NCBI GenBank assembly: GCA_030445275.1
Contig: JAUCSE010000066.1
Location: forward strand, 10,336 to 74,335
DNA length: 64,000 nucleotides
Direction of reading: 5' to 3'
Source of the DNA: Mucilaginibacter sp.
GTDB lineage: Bacteria; Bacteroidota; Bacteroidia; Sphingobacteriales; Sphingobacteriaceae
The notes under the pieces were generated by a model. It made no database searches. It had not been told where the DNA came from and saw nothing but the letters and a program-made list of their open reading frames with translations. Positions 38,701 through 47,542 of this stretch are shown here, in pieces. The position numbers and the translations under genes are program-made. Each line of letters starts with the position of its first letter. The first letter of the stretch is position 1.

Positions 38701-41700
38701 TTGAAAGCCGCTCTTGAATAACCATCACGCAAGCTTTTAACGGTTAACGCGAGTGATTGCTCATTTAACTTGGTATCAGTTTGCAGGTTATTATAATTGC
38801 GCTGGCGCTGAATGCCCGGCGGTACCACATAAGGTATAGGTGTACGGTTACCATTCTGTTCAATATTTACACCTTGTACATCAAGTGATGAATTATCAAT
38901 CGGGGGATTGGCAATAGAAGGGTCGGCAATTACATTAAGTGGATTTCTTTCTACATTAAATGTACGCCATTCACCACGAACCAGTTGCAGGGTTCCAAAA
39001 CGTAATATTGCAGTATCGGCAAAGTTGGTCATGAACATACGCATAAAACGTATGGCCTTAAAATCCTCTATGTTACCTACTTTATTCTGATAATCATTTA
39101 TTGGTATACGAAACTGGTACCAGTTAACTTGCTGTGTTACACCATTAGCCAGCTTTACCGAAGCAGTAATTTTATCACTAATATTGTTCTGCCCCACTAT
39201 CATATCGCCGGGGCGTATGGATACCTTATACTGAAAATAAGAATCCTCCTGACTCATATTATTATCACGGTTAATATCCTCGCCATCGGGTAGCGATGTA
39301 GATGCTGAATTCTGGATACCCAATTCGGCCTGTGATTGTTCGGCTGTTTTTGAGTTACCCTCCGTACCGTTGTATTTGCTGTACCTATCCAAAATACCAG
39401 CCCTGGCCTGGTCAAGCGCAGGCCCCTGATAATATTGATAATTGTCTGATGATGGATCGGCCGCAAAACTGTTACCTGCCTGTGAATTCAGTTGTCCCCT
39501 AACCTGTTGAACAACAGGAGCAAACTTTGTTCTTTCATCATTGTCATTTAAACCATCCAAACCAACATCCTGCAATTTGCGCGAATCCGGGTTGTTATCA
39601 AAAGCGTTTATTACAGGCTGCAGTTTTGATACCCGGCCCCAGTTGGTTTCATCTACCTGTGATAAATCGCCGTTAACGGGCAAGCCATTCTCTAAACTCT
39701 TACGTCCGTCTTTTAATATATCTTCTGATATATTACCCAGGTTAAAATACAGATCCCCACCCGCTGAATTTGGTTTGTATATAAAAGGATCGAGCACCCA
39801 AAATTCAATATAAGCAACATTTAATGATTCAAAATCATTGGTTTCCATCTTCCTGAACATACCACCCCAGCGCGATTTTGGATTTTGCAGCGTACCATCA
39901 TTATTAATACCAGTGGTTGTGTAGTTGTAAGGCCCGCGAACTGTTGGGTAAAAGGCTAAGTTCAATGTTGCTAAACTTAACTGCTGCCCGGTTGATGACT
40001 GTTTATATGGAAAAACTTCTTGTTCAATTACCTGCCTTACATAGTGGTTTGAAAGTTCAGAACGCGAAATGGGTATGGAGCCTGTATTGGTATAAAATAT
40101 AGGGTCGATATTATAAAATGCGAGCCGGGCGCGGTTATATCCATAACTCAGATCATTAAACAATCCCGATTCGGTAAAGAGTTGAGGGGTACCTGATATC
40201 TGCCAGCTATTGGCACCTTTTACGTCAATTACGGATTGACTGTTCTCAAAATCATCAAGGTATGAAGTTCCGTTTTTTGATCCTGCAAAATTCAGGGCAC
40301 CTGGGCTACCCGGTAACAATTGTGCAAACTCGCCCGAAAAATTAATAGATGATGGAACTTTGGTATGAATAAAAGGGATCTTATCAACCAGCCGGGTAAG
40401 CAGTCTTGACTCTGAACTGTAATTAGCGTCAAAACCCCATATGGTGTTTGATATGGATTCATCACCCGCTACCTCATTTTGAGTAAGTGGTTGTTCCGTT
40501 AAGTGCATAATTGTAGCACCCAAAGCCAGCTTATCATTAACATGGTAATCTAATCGTGAACCATATAAAGACTTTTGCTGAACGCCAAACAATTCATTAT
40601 TCTCCAGCTTAACCGTAATGGGCTGCCCTGACGAGAGCAGGGCCTGGTTCAATATCCGGATACGGCCAGAATTATAATCAACCGTGTAATCATTTCCTTC
40701 CGTTAGTTTTAAGGCACCTGCGGTTACATTTACTGAACCCTGTGGTATATTCACTGCGTTAAGCTGATATTCTGACCCGCCCGTTGATGTAAAGGTACCC
40801 TTTATTACATACCGGTTTAAATTGGGGAAGTACTGCTGCGCGATGGTTTTGGTTGAATCATATAGTGGTTGATACACATACCGCTTGGCCAGATCCTGTT
40901 CACCAGGTAAGAATTTACTAGTCAGGTCTGATCCAAAAGGCTCCAATACAGGGAACGATATCCTGCCATTTTGCGAATCAATAGTTACCCCCTCTAAAAA
41001 GTCAAAGTAACCATCGGGTTGTTTAGCATTTTGCTGGTTAAGATTATCCAACCCAGATATCTGCAGCCAAAGTTTGCCCTTGGTATTCTGCCCCTCTTCC
41101 ATTACTGTTTTTTCAATACCTGATTTATCATCAAGCCTTGTAACGGTTAGTTTAAAATCAGTAGAGCTTACCTGGAAGGCACCTAGCGAGTAGATGTTTT
41201 TCATCATCAACTTCCAGCTGGGTAAATTAGTTTTTAGTATTTCGCCTTTTAGCAATTTTACAAATAAAACATTCGGCGCATTAGGATTGGCAGCAACATC
41301 ACTGCTAAACTCACCCACCTGGTACTGTGTACCGTTAACGGTATACTGATAGGCCACCGCCAATACCTCATCGTTATTTAAAGGATAGTTGAGTGATATA
41401 TACCCCAGCTGCGGATGCAAAGTATATTCCTTGTCGGTAAGTTTACGGGCATAGCTTAGTTTTGAATAGTTATCCGTGCCGGTTCCAGTACCCTGAAAAT
41501 AACTGGCTACTGAGTTTGAGTTGGTTAAACGGGCATCGCTGGGTAAAACACTGAATAAGTTATTTGACTGCTGTGCAAAGCCTGGCCCTTTAAAACCCGC
41601 TGGTAGGGCGCTACCGCCCCCTCGTATTGCTCTATTGTATGGGTTATTTTCGCCCAGATCCAAAAAGGCTAATATATCCCTTGAATCGGTAGTTACATTG

Positions 41701-42734
41701 GTACGGTTTGTTGTCCAAACCTCAATTTTTGTAATATTTACATTTGAACTGATAATAGGAATATTAGCTAGCGCCTTGTTATAATTATTACGGAAGTATT
41801 GTGATAAAAAGAAGTGCTTGTTGGCTTCATAATCAGCTGGAGTGAGCCTGAAATTACCTTGCTGTGAGCCATTAGTTATGGTAATTGTTTTTGATTGCGA
41901 CCGCTGTTGCGACAGTATACTGGTTACATCCAAACGGCCAAACTTCAGTTTAGTTTTTACACCAAAAAGGGCTTGGCTACCTGTTATTAACGAGGTATTC
42001 AAAGGCATACTTACGGTACCAGCCTCAATTTTCTGAATAATCTCATCAGGCGATCCGGTGTAGTCAAGCTTTATCTGGTTCTCAAACTGAAACTGGGCAT
42101 CGGTATTATAATTGGTTGTTATTTTTAGTTTGTCGCCTATATTTCCGGTTACGTTAAGCTGTATCTTCTGGTCAAAATTAAAATTGAACTGGTTACGTTG
42201 CCGGGTAGTAAATAATGGGTTTTGGTTTGAGTTTGTTTGGCCAGCCAATATCATTTCGGCAGAACCCTGCGGTTTGATATCAATGGTTTGGCCTCCAAAT
42301 ATTTGTTCAAAGGTTCGGCTTCTTACTTTTATTGACGGAATAAATCCGGGTTGTTGTGAATCATAGGCGTAAGTATCAGCCAGTTGTTGATAGTAAATAC
42401 GTTGATTGGCTTTACTCCTTAATTTTAGATATTCTGCAAAGGTTAGGTATTGTGGTGGGCGATATAATAAGTTACCTACACGCTCATATAATATATACCG
42501 GTTTGATGCGGGATCATATTCAACCGTACGCACCATGTTGGGTGGGTCAGTATCAAAAATACCTTCCCTCATCCTCACACTTTTAGGTTCGGTTAGGTTT
42601 ACGGGGGTGCTTACCTGTGTTGTATCTCTTTTACCACCCGGTACGCGTTGTTGTGCATAAACACTCCCCAGCCCGCCAAATGCCAAAATAAACAACACAC
42701 TTATAATAATATTATAAGTAAATATTTTTATCAA
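35712..42734 (-). CDS. sprA: type IX secretion system translocon / gliding-motility protein SprA
   Basis: 2340-aa single ORF with a signal peptide and a beta-rich giant outer-membrane protein. Size, composition and the ruvA-adjacent position match Bacteroidota SprA (recognition from memory). Confidence 0.85.
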   Translation of the reverse strand: MIKIFTYNIIISVLFILAFGGLGSVYAQQRVPGGKRDTTQVSTPVNLTEPKSVRMREGIFDTDPPNMVRTVEYDPASNRYILYERVGNLLYRPPQYLTFAEYLKLRSKANQRIYYQQLADTYAYDSQQPGFIPSIKVRSRTFEQIFGGQTIDIKPQGSAEMILAGQTNSNQNPLFTTRQRNQFNFNFDQKIQLNVTGNIGDKLKITTNYNTDAQFQFENQIKLDYTGSPDEIIQKIEAGTVSMPLNTSLITGSQALFGVKTKLKFGRLDVTSILSQQRSQSKTITITNGSQQGNFRLTPADYEANKHFFLSQYFRNNYNKALANIPIISSNVNITKIEVWTTNRTNVTTDSRDILAFLDLGENNPYNRAIRGGGSALPAGFKGPGFAQQSNNLFSVLPSDARLTNSNSVASYFQGTGTGTDNYSKLSYARKLTDKEYTLHPQLGYISLNYPLNNDEVLAVAYQYTVNGTQYQVGEFSSDVAANPNAPNVLFVKLLKGEILKTNLPSWKLMMKNIYSLGAFQVSSTDFKLTVTRLDDKSGIEKTVMEEGQNTKGKLWLQISGLDNLNQQNAKQPDGYFDFLEGVTIDSQNGRISFPVLEPFGSDLTSKFLPGEQDLAKRYVYQPLYDSTKTIAQQYFPNLNRYVIKGTFTSTGGSEYQLNAVNIPQGSVNVTAGALKLTEGNDYTVDYNSGRIRILNQALLSSGQPITVKLENNELFGVQQKSLYGSRLDYHVNDKLALGATIMHLTEQPLTQNEVAGDESISNTIWGFDANYSSESRLLTRLVDKIPFIHTKVPSSINFSGEFAQLLPGSPGALNFAGSKNGTSYLDDFENSQSVIDVKGANSWQISGTPQLFTESGLFNDLSYGYNRARLAFYNIDPIFYTNTGSIPISRSELSNHYVRQVIEQEVFPYKQSSTGQQLSLATLNLAFYPTVRGPYNYTTTGINNDGTLQNPKSRWGGMFRKMETNDFESLNVAYIEFWVLDPFIYKPNSAGGDLYFNLGNISEDILKDGRKSLENGLPVNGDLSQVDETNWGRVSKLQPVINAFDNNPDSRKLQDVGLDGLNDNDERTKFAPVVQQVRGQLNSQAGNSFAADPSSDNYQYYQGPALDQARAGILDRYSKYNGTEGNSKTAEQSQAELGIQNSASTSLPDGEDINRDNNMSQEDSYFQYKVSIRPGDMIVGQNNISDKITASVKLANGVTQQVNWYQFRIPINDYQNKVGNIEDFKAIRFMRMFMTNFADTAILRFGTLQLVRGEWRTFNVERNPLNVIADPSIANPPIDNSSLDVQGVNIEQNGNRTPIPYVVPPGIQRQRNYNNLQTDTKLNEQSLALTVKSLRDGYSRAAFKTFSNDLRSYKRLQMFVHAEGDQLKDNDLNAFIRLGVDYQDNYYEYQVPLKVTAPGTRDPDAIWPTANSIDLELDLLTRAKLKRNHSNVPYNQVFRYAEGDQVVYIKGQPDLSRLATVMLGVRNPLKGSSPAADDGLDKNGIVWFDELRLTDFDQRGGWAAIARANAKLADFADITVAGSKTTIGFGTLDSRLNDRSRSDDQTYDVSANVELGKFFPAKSGIHIPAYVNVSSQRSMPQYDPGAPDVELKASLAAATSKQERDSIRNAAVDYTIRKSYNFTNVHKSKTDPNAPNHVWDIENWNASYAYTEYTHHDFVTQNDLEKTYNLTLAYNYTNQPKYYSPFAKIIKSNLLALFRDINFSILPSRLNFSINFNRFYSENTLRDNDPNNFIPIPTTTFNKYFNITRVYGIGWNLSKSLQMDIDATNLSVVDEPAGRINGLKRDTLWDNLKKLGRTTNYNHTINFNYTVPFSKIPGMDWVAAVARYSAHFNWQTQPLFAINDPSYDVGNSIQNSRAIQLNPTLNMIALYNKFPFIRKANNPNSKNSGISKILLGLLTSVKNLSGTYTRTQGIFLPGYLPESGFFGSNAGAPGLGFLLGSQADIRGKAVANGWITRDTLQNQLYVTTLNEDMHFRGIIEPFKDLHIELIAFKTQDHNYQANFKYLPETNDIQTLSPVTTGNYSISFLTIGTAFKKTTGINNTSPIYQKFLDNRTTISQKLGVLNPNSSGNTDGYADGYGPNSQNVLVPAFLAAYTGKKASSSGLGQFPAIPIPNWQITYNGLSKLPFFLDIFDSFDLSHGYRSSYNVNGFTSLLQYQEAHGAASSRDLNNDFLPLYQFSQVTIFEQFVPLLGASIRFKNSMTTNIEYRQSRSLSLSLLNSQLAQQNERIIVFGFGYHTKNFHFPFGWFSGAGKDNDVNFKLDFSLRDNKTLIYRPDVEQAEISSGAQNITMRPSIDYVINQRFNLNLFYDSNITRPYTSQTFNTAFTNFGINLKLLLQ

Positions 42735-42759
42735 AGGTCAAGTAGAAAATTGTACGTAA

Positions 42760-43344
42760 TTATAGAGTTTTTAAAGCAAACTTTATAAGCTGCTCAACTG
42801 TTAATTCTCCATTATTTTTATTCAATTCCTGATCCAATACCTTCTCGGCTGCATTACGTGCAAATCCGAGCATAACAAGTGCAGAAAGCGCTTCGTCCTT
42901 AACTGTTTTGCTTACAGGCACAACAGTTAAAGTATCAGGACCTTCCTTACGCAACTTATCCTGCAGCTCCAATATTATACGTTGTGCTGATTTGGGACCT
43001 ATGCCTTTTATGCGTTGTATTAAAGCAACATTGCCGCTAACAATGGCTGCTTGAATTTCGGCAGGGGTTATTGATGATAACATCATTCGCCCCGTATTAG
43101 GCCCTATGCCGGATATGGATACCAGGTGTAAGAACAAGCGACGCTCACCATCGTCGGCAAAGCCGTATAATGTGAGTGCATCCTCTTTTACGTACTGCCA
43201 GATAAATAGTTTGCAATTTTCTAAATCATCTAGCCTGGAATATGTATTTAACGAAATATTAATGTGATAACCTATACCTCCGGCATCAATAACTACATGC
43301 GAAGGGCTTTTGAATACCAGTTTACCACTAATATAATCGTACAT
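42760..43344 (-). CDS. ruvA: Holliday junction branch migration complex subunit RuvA
   Basis: 194 aa. MYDYISGKL..., two HhH motifs (ISGIGPNTG, IKGIGPKSAQRI). Confidence 0.9.
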   Translation of the reverse strand: MYDYISGKLVFKSPSHVVIDAGGIGYHINISLNTYSRLDDLENCKLFIWQYVKEDALTLYGFADDGERRLFLHLVSISGIGPNTGRMMLSSITPAEIQAAIVSGNVALIQRIKGIGPKSAQRIILELQDKLRKEGPDTLTVVPVSKTVKDEALSALVMLGFARNAAEKVLDQELNKNNGELTVEQLIKFALKTL

Positions 43345-43365
43345 AATATTTTTATTTATGAGAAA

Positions 43366-43450
43366 GTATCAAGTAGTTAGTATCAAGACAGTTGTATTGG
43401 TTTTATAAGCTCTTCAAAAATCTTGATACTTGATACTAACTACTTGATAC
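43366..43450. repeat. family-2 palindromic element (GTATCAAGTAGTTAGTATCAAG arms), copy A
   Basis: 22-bp perfect stem, 43366-43387 with 43429-43450, around a 41-nt centre. Abuts the maeB stop codon (43452-43454). Confidence 0.85.
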
Positions 43451-43451
43451 T

Positions 43452-45767
43452 TTATTTTCCTTTAAGTTTACTAAAAATACCTTTTGGTTTGTTGGCTTCT
43501 TCCTTTGCCTGAGCGTCAACCACAGCTATGGTTATCATATTTACAATTTCGCGAACCGAGCTACCCAGCTGTAATACGTGAACCGGTTTTTTCAATCCCA
43601 ATAATATAGGCCCAACTGCTTCGGCACCACCAATTTCCTGCAATAGCTTATAGGCTATATTACCTGATTCAAGGTTAGGGAATATCAGGGTATTAGCAGG
43701 CTTACCGTTTAAGGTTGAGAACGGAAAGTTGTCAGCCAGCAGATCGGAGTTTAAGGCAAAGTTGGCCTGCATATCGCCATCAACTACCATATCCGGATAT
43801 TGCTTGTGTAATATTTTTACAGTTTCCCTGGTTTTTTCAGGGATAGGCCCTTCATTTGAACCAAAGTTAGAGTAGGAAAGCATAGCTACCCTCGGGCTTA
43901 TATTGAACTGCTTAACAGAACGTTCAATCAATACGGTGATATCAACCAGTTCCTGCACCGTTGGGTTTTCATTTACCGTGGTATCGCCAAAAAATACGGG
44001 GCCTTTTCCGGTTATCATCATGTACATACCCGCTACCCGATTCACACCATCTTCGGTACCAATAATCTGCAGCGCAGGCTTAATTGTAGGCACATAATTT
44101 TTAGTTAAGCCCGATATCAACGCATCAGCCCTGCCAAACTGAACCATGCAAGCTCCATAATAATTACGGTCTCTTAACATTTTTCTTGCCTCAAATAAAG
44201 TGACTCCCTTTCGCTGGCGTTTCTGGAACAAATATTCGGCATACTCTTCCATATTCTCACATTCCGCACGCGGGTCAATGATTTGCACATCATTAAGGTC
44301 AAGATCATTCTCGCGCATGATACGCTTTATCTTATCCGCATTACCCAATAAAATAGGTGTGGCTATACCCTCTTCTTTTACGATCTGAGCCGAGCGCAAA
44401 ATTTTATAATTATCAGCCTCGGCAAAAACAACCCGTTTAGGATTTTGCTTAGCCTTATTGGTCAGGTTACGCAACAGTTTATCGTTGGTTCCTAACCTTG
44501 ATCTTAATTCTTCATTATAAGCTTCCCAATCCGTGATCACCTTACGTGCCACACCCGAATCAATAGCAGCTTTAGCAACCGCTGCCGATACTTCGGTGAT
44601 CAACCTTTGATCCATTGGTTTAGGGATGATATAGTCTCTCCCAAATTTAAGATTGGTGGTATTATAAGCCAGGTTAACCGCTTCCGGAACCGGTTTTTTA
44701 GCCATCTCGGCAATAGCATGTGTGGCCGCTATTTTCATTTCCTCGTTAATAGCCGTAGCCCGCACATCAAGTGCACCTCTGAAAATATAAGGGAAACCCA
44801 ATACGTTATTCACCTGGTTTGGATAATCAGAACGGCCTGTGGCCATAATAATATCTTCGCGTGCACTAGTGGCCAGTTCATATGATATCTCTGGCTCCGG
44901 GTTGGCCATTGCAAATACTACCGGCTTTTTGGCCATCAGTTTCAGCATCTCAGGCGTAACCACATTACCAGCCGACAGGCCAACGAAAACATCGGCATTT
45001 TTCATGGCATCGGTCAATGTTTTGATATCGGTACGGGTGGTAGCAAACTCCAGTCTGATATCATCAAGATCAGTACGATCAGGGGTTATTAAACCATTAA
45101 TATCAAACATCACCAGGTTCTCTTTTTTAACCCCCAATGACAGGTACATTTTTGAGCATGATACCGCAGCGGCACCCGCACCATTCACTACCATTTTTAC
45201 TTTATCAAGCTTTTTACCTTGTATCTCGCAGGCATTCATCAAGGCCGCTCCTGATATGATGGCCGTTCCATGCTGATCATCGTGCATTACCGGGATATTC
45301 ATTTCGGCTTTAAGCCTGCGTTCGATCTCGAAACAGGTTGGGGCCGATATATCTTCCAGGTTTACCCCGCCGAAAGTAGGTTCAAGCGCTTTAACAATAG
45401 TTACAAATTCATCTACTGTTTTGGCATTTACTTCCAGGTCAAAAACATCAATGTCGGCGTAAATTTTAAACAGCAGCCCTTTTCCTTCCATCACTGGTTT
45501 ACTAGCCTCGGGACCAATGTTACCCAGCCCTAAAACTGCAGTTCCGTTGCTAATAACAGCCACCAGATTTCCTTTGGCTGTATATTTATACACGTCTTCT
45601 ACATTATCAGCAATACGCAGACAAGGCTCTGCAACACCCGGCGAATAGGCCATGGTTAGATCGCGCTGCGAGTTTGTAGGTTTGGTAGGTACTACCTGTA
45701 TCTTTCCCGGACGACCTTGTGAGTGGTAGTTTAAGGCATCCTGTTTACGGTTGTTGTTCTTGTTCAT
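43452..45767 (-). CDS. maeB: NADP-dependent malic enzyme (malic enzyme + PTA-like domain)
   Basis: 771 aa. N-terminus [20 protein letters not shown], a Rossmann motif (NGAGAAA), and a C-terminal phosphate acetyltransferase-like half. Confidence 0.9.
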   Translation of the reverse strand: MNKNNNRKQDALNYHSQGRPGKIQVVPTKPTNSQRDLTMAYSPGVAEPCLRIADNVEDVYKYTAKGNLVAVISNGTAVLGLGNIGPEASKPVMEGKGLLFKIYADIDVFDLEVNAKTVDEFVTIVKALEPTFGGVNLEDISAPTCFEIERRLKAEMNIPVMHDDQHGTAIISGAALMNACEIQGKKLDKVKMVVNGAGAAAVSCSKMYLSLGVKKENLVMFDINGLITPDRTDLDDIRLEFATTRTDIKTLTDAMKNADVFVGLSAGNVVTPEMLKLMAKKPVVFAMANPEPEISYELATSAREDIIMATGRSDYPNQVNNVLGFPYIFRGALDVRATAINEEMKIAATHAIAEMAKKPVPEAVNLAYNTTNLKFGRDYIIPKPMDQRLITEVSAAVAKAAIDSGVARKVITDWEAYNEELRSRLGTNDKLLRNLTNKAKQNPKRVVFAEADNYKILRSAQIVKEEGIATPILLGNADKIKRIMRENDLDLNDVQIIDPRAECENMEEYAEYLFQKRQRKGVTLFEARKMLRDRNYYGACMVQFGRADALISGLTKNYVPTIKPALQIIGTEDGVNRVAGMYMMITGKGPVFFGDTTVNENPTVQELVDITVLIERSVKQFNISPRVAMLSYSNFGSNEGPIPEKTRETVKILHKQYPDMVVDGDMQANFALNSDLLADNFPFSTLNGKPANTLIFPNLESGNIAYKLLQEIGGAEAVGPILLGLKKPVHVLQLGSSVREIVNMITIAVVDAQAKEEANKPKGIFSKLKGK

Positions 45768-45787
45768 TTATCAAAAATTCAAGCGCT

Positions 45788-45795
45788 CAAAATTA
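45788..45795 (-). promoter_or_regulatory. Bacteroidota -7 promoter box TAATTTTG upstream of maeB
   Basis: Exact TAnnTTTG match on the minus strand, 20 nt upstream of the maeB ATG and just downstream of the 45821-45857 terminator. Confidence 0.4.
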
Positions 45796-45820
45796 CAATT
45801 CTTTTTATGGTAACCTATAT

Positions 45821-45857
45821 AAAAAAGCCAGGCTTTGAAACATATCAAAGCCTGGCT
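45821..45857 (-). terminator. strong intrinsic terminator (minus strand)
   Basis: AGCCAGGCTTTGA (45826-45838) pairs with TCAAAGCCTGGCT (45845-45857). 13-bp stem, 6-nt loop. The A6 run at 45821-45826 becomes a U-run on the minus strand. Confidence 0.7.
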
Positions 45858-45896
45858 ATTCATATTCAGGTGTTTAACCTTTATTTATCTTACCTT

Positions 45897-46221
45897 CCGC
45901 ACTGTCCAACTCGCTGACTTCAAAGCACTTTATCTGAAATTTACAACTACACATCGTCCGCAGCGGCTTTTTTTCAGGTCTGCCTGTTAGTGTTCATATT
46001 CACACCCATGAACGTTCGTGAACATGCATGAGCATCTGCTAATCAATTATTTAAGTTTTAAAGTTTACTGACAAAACACTGTCACCACTTCGCCCTTGTT
46101 GGTGTTGTCACCAACAAGCCGTCATCCATTGAGGTATTGCAATTTCAAAACCGTCCTAAATGTTTTTGGTGACAACACCAACAACGGCATTAATCGTCCG
46201 AAGTCAGAAACCCGGACAGCT
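45897..46221 (-). ncRNA. candidate structured RNA or MITE-like element (unclassified)
   Basis: No credible ORF. Ends pair: CTGTCC-N6-CTGACTTC (45902-45921) with GAAGTCAG-N6-GGACAG (46200-46219). The interior holds nested hairpins. The terminator at 45821-45857 follows on the minus strand. Strand and identity are uncertain. Confidence 0.25.
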
Positions 46222-46233
46222 GGGTTATAGATT

Positions 46234-47475
46234 TTATAAAACCTTTCTTGTTCTTTGACCAACCGGTACGTTGGCTGATGGCTCATCGCCATTAGCCACT
46301 TTAATAGTTACACCTACGGGTGCCCTATTACTTTTCAGATGGTTCCAAACTTTCAAATCCTGTACTTCAACACCATATTTATCGGCAATAGAGGCCAATG
46401 TTTCTCCTTTTCTAACTCTATGGTGAGCAGGCATTTTGCGTTCCGGTTTATTATCGGTATATGACGCGTAAGTTACCTTGGGTTGTGGTGGCACTGCTTC
46501 ACCTGCACCATTCAATACGTTATACAAAGCAGCATAATTTTCTTTAGCAACCTGAGGTAAAATTAACCTGCGCGGTGATGTGGCGCTACCATTTACTATT
46601 AATCTTCTGTACGCCGGGTTTAAAATGGCCAGTTCGCTGATGTTAATTTTCAAAGCCTGTGACACGTTACTAAGGGATACATATTTTTTCACCATAACGG
46701 TATCAGTCTTGGTCGAAAAATTACAAGCCTGGGCAACAATATTATGCTTATTGTAATAGCTCATTACATAATTCATGGCTATAAAAGCAGGTACATATCC
46801 CCTGGTTTCGGCTGGTAAATACTGACGGATGCTCCAAAAATCATTAGCTCCGGCTTTTTCAACCGCATGCTCTACATTGCTTTTGCCGCAGTTGTACGAG
46901 GCTATGGCCAGCAGCCAATCGCCAAATTCCTGGTAGGCATCCTTCAAATATGCAGCAGCAGCGTAAGTGGCTTGAATAGGGTCGCGACGCTCATCAACAT
47001 AGCTATCCACGTTTAAACCATAGACTTTTGCTGTGGTGAACATAAATTGCCAAGGGCCGGTTGCACCAACTCTTGATACCGCATTAGGATCAAGTTTCGA
47101 TTCAACTATTGATAGATATTTTATTTCGTCAGGGATACCGGCATCGTGAAAAGCTTTTTCGTAAATAGGGAAATAATACTTAGAAAGCCCTACCACCTGC
47201 CCCATCTCATCGCGGTTATGCATGTACAGGTCAATATAGCTTTGTACATACTCATTATAATCAAGCGGAATATCTTTGTGAATGGAATCTAAGCGACGTT
47301 CATAAATACCTCTTTGCGGGCCAGTTACCGGTACCGGCTTATTGATAACCGGGAGTACAATAGTATCGCGGTAATTTGTTAGTATGTGAGGTTTTGAGTT
47401 TGCTGGAGGGAAAGAACTTGCGTGAACAATTTGCAATAATAAAAGGCAGATGGTAAGCGTAAATAATCTCTTCAT
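46234..47475 (-). CDS. lytic murein transglycosylase (SLT domain) with C-terminal LysM repeats, MltD-like
   Basis: 413 aa. Signal peptide, ESKLDPNAVSRVGATGPWQFM catalytic motif, two LysM-like segments (HRVRKGETLASIADKYGV). Confidence 0.8.
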   Translation of the reverse strand: MKRLFTLTICLLLLQIVHASSFPPANSKPHILTNYRDTIVLPVINKPVPVTGPQRGIYERRLDSIHKDIPLDYNEYVQSYIDLYMHNRDEMGQVVGLSKYYFPIYEKAFHDAGIPDEIKYLSIVESKLDPNAVSRVGATGPWQFMFTTAKVYGLNVDSYVDERRDPIQATYAAAAYLKDAYQEFGDWLLAIASYNCGKSNVEHAVEKAGANDFWSIRQYLPAETRGYVPAFIAMNYVMSYYNKHNIVAQACNFSTKTDTVMVKKYVSLSNVSQALKINISELAILNPAYRRLIVNGSATSPRRLILPQVAKENYAALYNVLNGAGEAVPPQPKVTYASYTDNKPERKMPAHHRVRKGETLASIADKYGVEVQDLKVWNHLKSNRAPVGVTIKVANGDEPSANVPVGQRTRKVL

Positions 47476-47542
47476 TCCTTAGGGATTTAATTAAAGAAAG
47501 ATATAACCCAGCATAGGCTATTTTACTAAATTATCAATTTTT

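Noticed and set aside
45768-46233. Could this structured gap be RNase P RNA, tmRNA, SRP RNA or a tRNA?
   Set aside because: The plus strand has a CAGAAACCCGGAC string that faintly resembles the RNase P P4 3' half, but the obligatory GAGGAAAGUCCGG partner is absent on both strands. There is no GGGGCUGA 5' end, tag ORF or T-arm for tmRNA. There is no GGAAGCAGC-type SRP domain IV motif. I cannot assign 6S RNA by eye.
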